Of a DNA stretch of 40,786 nucleotides, positions 40,389 through 40,786 are shown in pieces. The notes under the pieces are model-generated. The model was not told where the DNA came from and did no database searches. It saw only the letters and a program-made list of their open reading frames with translations. The first letter of the stretch is position 1. Every line of letters starts with the position of its first letter. Origin of the DNA: Helicobacter sp. (GTDB lineage: Bacteria; Campylobacterota; Campylobacteria; Campylobacterales; Helicobacteraceae). The DNA is taken from NCBI GenBank assembly GCA_029264655.1, contig JARHZY010000163.1, positions 1 through 40,786 of the forward strand, in the 5' to 3' direction. The position numbers and the translations under genes were made by a program.

Positions 40389-40786
40389 ATGCCAGAAGCA
40401 ATTTTTTATAGAAGTAATGGTGAGATTTTATGCCAATGTGGGTTAGATACAGATTTGCAGAGTGTTTTAAATAGGAAATATGGATTTGAAGCACTATTAG
40501 ACAAAAAGCGTAGTGAAGGAATTTTGCAAGATCATGTTGTGATACAATACAAAAAGCAAGTTATATCATTTTTGCTAGACTTATCAAAAGATGGGTATTT
40601 ACATGTTGATAGCTTACCCATAGATGATAACTTTTTATATAGAATCATGGATACTCATACAATTAAATGCCTTTATAATGCAATGGGAAGCAATGGAGAT
40701 AAAAATTACCATAACATAAATATGAAAAAAGGTAAAGGTAGTCCAAGAGCTTGTTTAAGATATTATTTAGAATTTTTGGAAAATAG
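40389..40786 (+). CDS. Hypothetical protein, 3' truncated by window edge (not in the supplied ORF track)
   Basis: 132 uninterrupted codons, MPEAIFYRSNGEILCQC...KGKGSPRACLRYYLEFLEN, to the window end; AAGGG RBS; alternative in-frame ATG at 40368. Confidence 0.7.
   Translation, partial: MPEAIFYRSNGEILCQCGLDTDLQSVLNRKYGFEALLDKKRSEGILQDHVVIQYKKQVISFLLDLSKDGYLHVDSLPIDDNFLYRIMDTHTIKCLYNAMGSNGDKNYHNINMKKGKGSPRACLRYYLEFLEN

Noticed and set aside
1-40786. CRISPR array, tRNA/rRNA genes, IS elements, integrase or prophage genes
   Set aside because: No regularly spaced repeats, cloverleaf or rRNA-like GC-rich segments, or transposase/integrase motifs were seen in genes or spacers.

Overview
AT-rich (about 30% GC by eye) chromosomal segment of a Campylobacterota bacterium. 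It is most likely an enterohepatic Helicobacter, inferred from ChePep, NucT, stand-alone atpB, Helicobacter-type PutA/RpoD and a DLP1/DLP2 pair. Most of the window is shuffled core genes: MCP tail, DUF815 ATPase, pgeF, atpB, yidD-yidC-jag-mnmE, mtaB, putA, yciI, hemJ, ccoG, ABC-F, htrA, rpoD, murE, chePep and nucT. Long AT-rich spacers with decayed DNA separate them. I saw no rRNA, tRNA, CRISPR array, integrase or transposase. The most notable observations are: (1) one ORF fusing the pre-16S nuclease YqgF/RuvX to the 16S methyltransferase RsmH, coupled to mtaB; (2) a full-length dynamin-like pair with partly (DLP1) or wholly (DLP2) eroded GTPase motifs, i.e. candidate pseudo-dynamins; (3) a decayed ~265 bp copy of the mnmE G-domain region 1.45 kb downstream of mnmE, bracketing an orphan lipoprotein gene; (4) a window-wide excess of the heptamer TAGAATC/GATTCTA; (5) an orphan Imm11-type immunity gene still joined to the apparent eroded tail of its toxin; (6) a homopolymer-frameshifted HsdR_N nuclease gene. 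Family calls come from motif recognition by eye. No database search was run.
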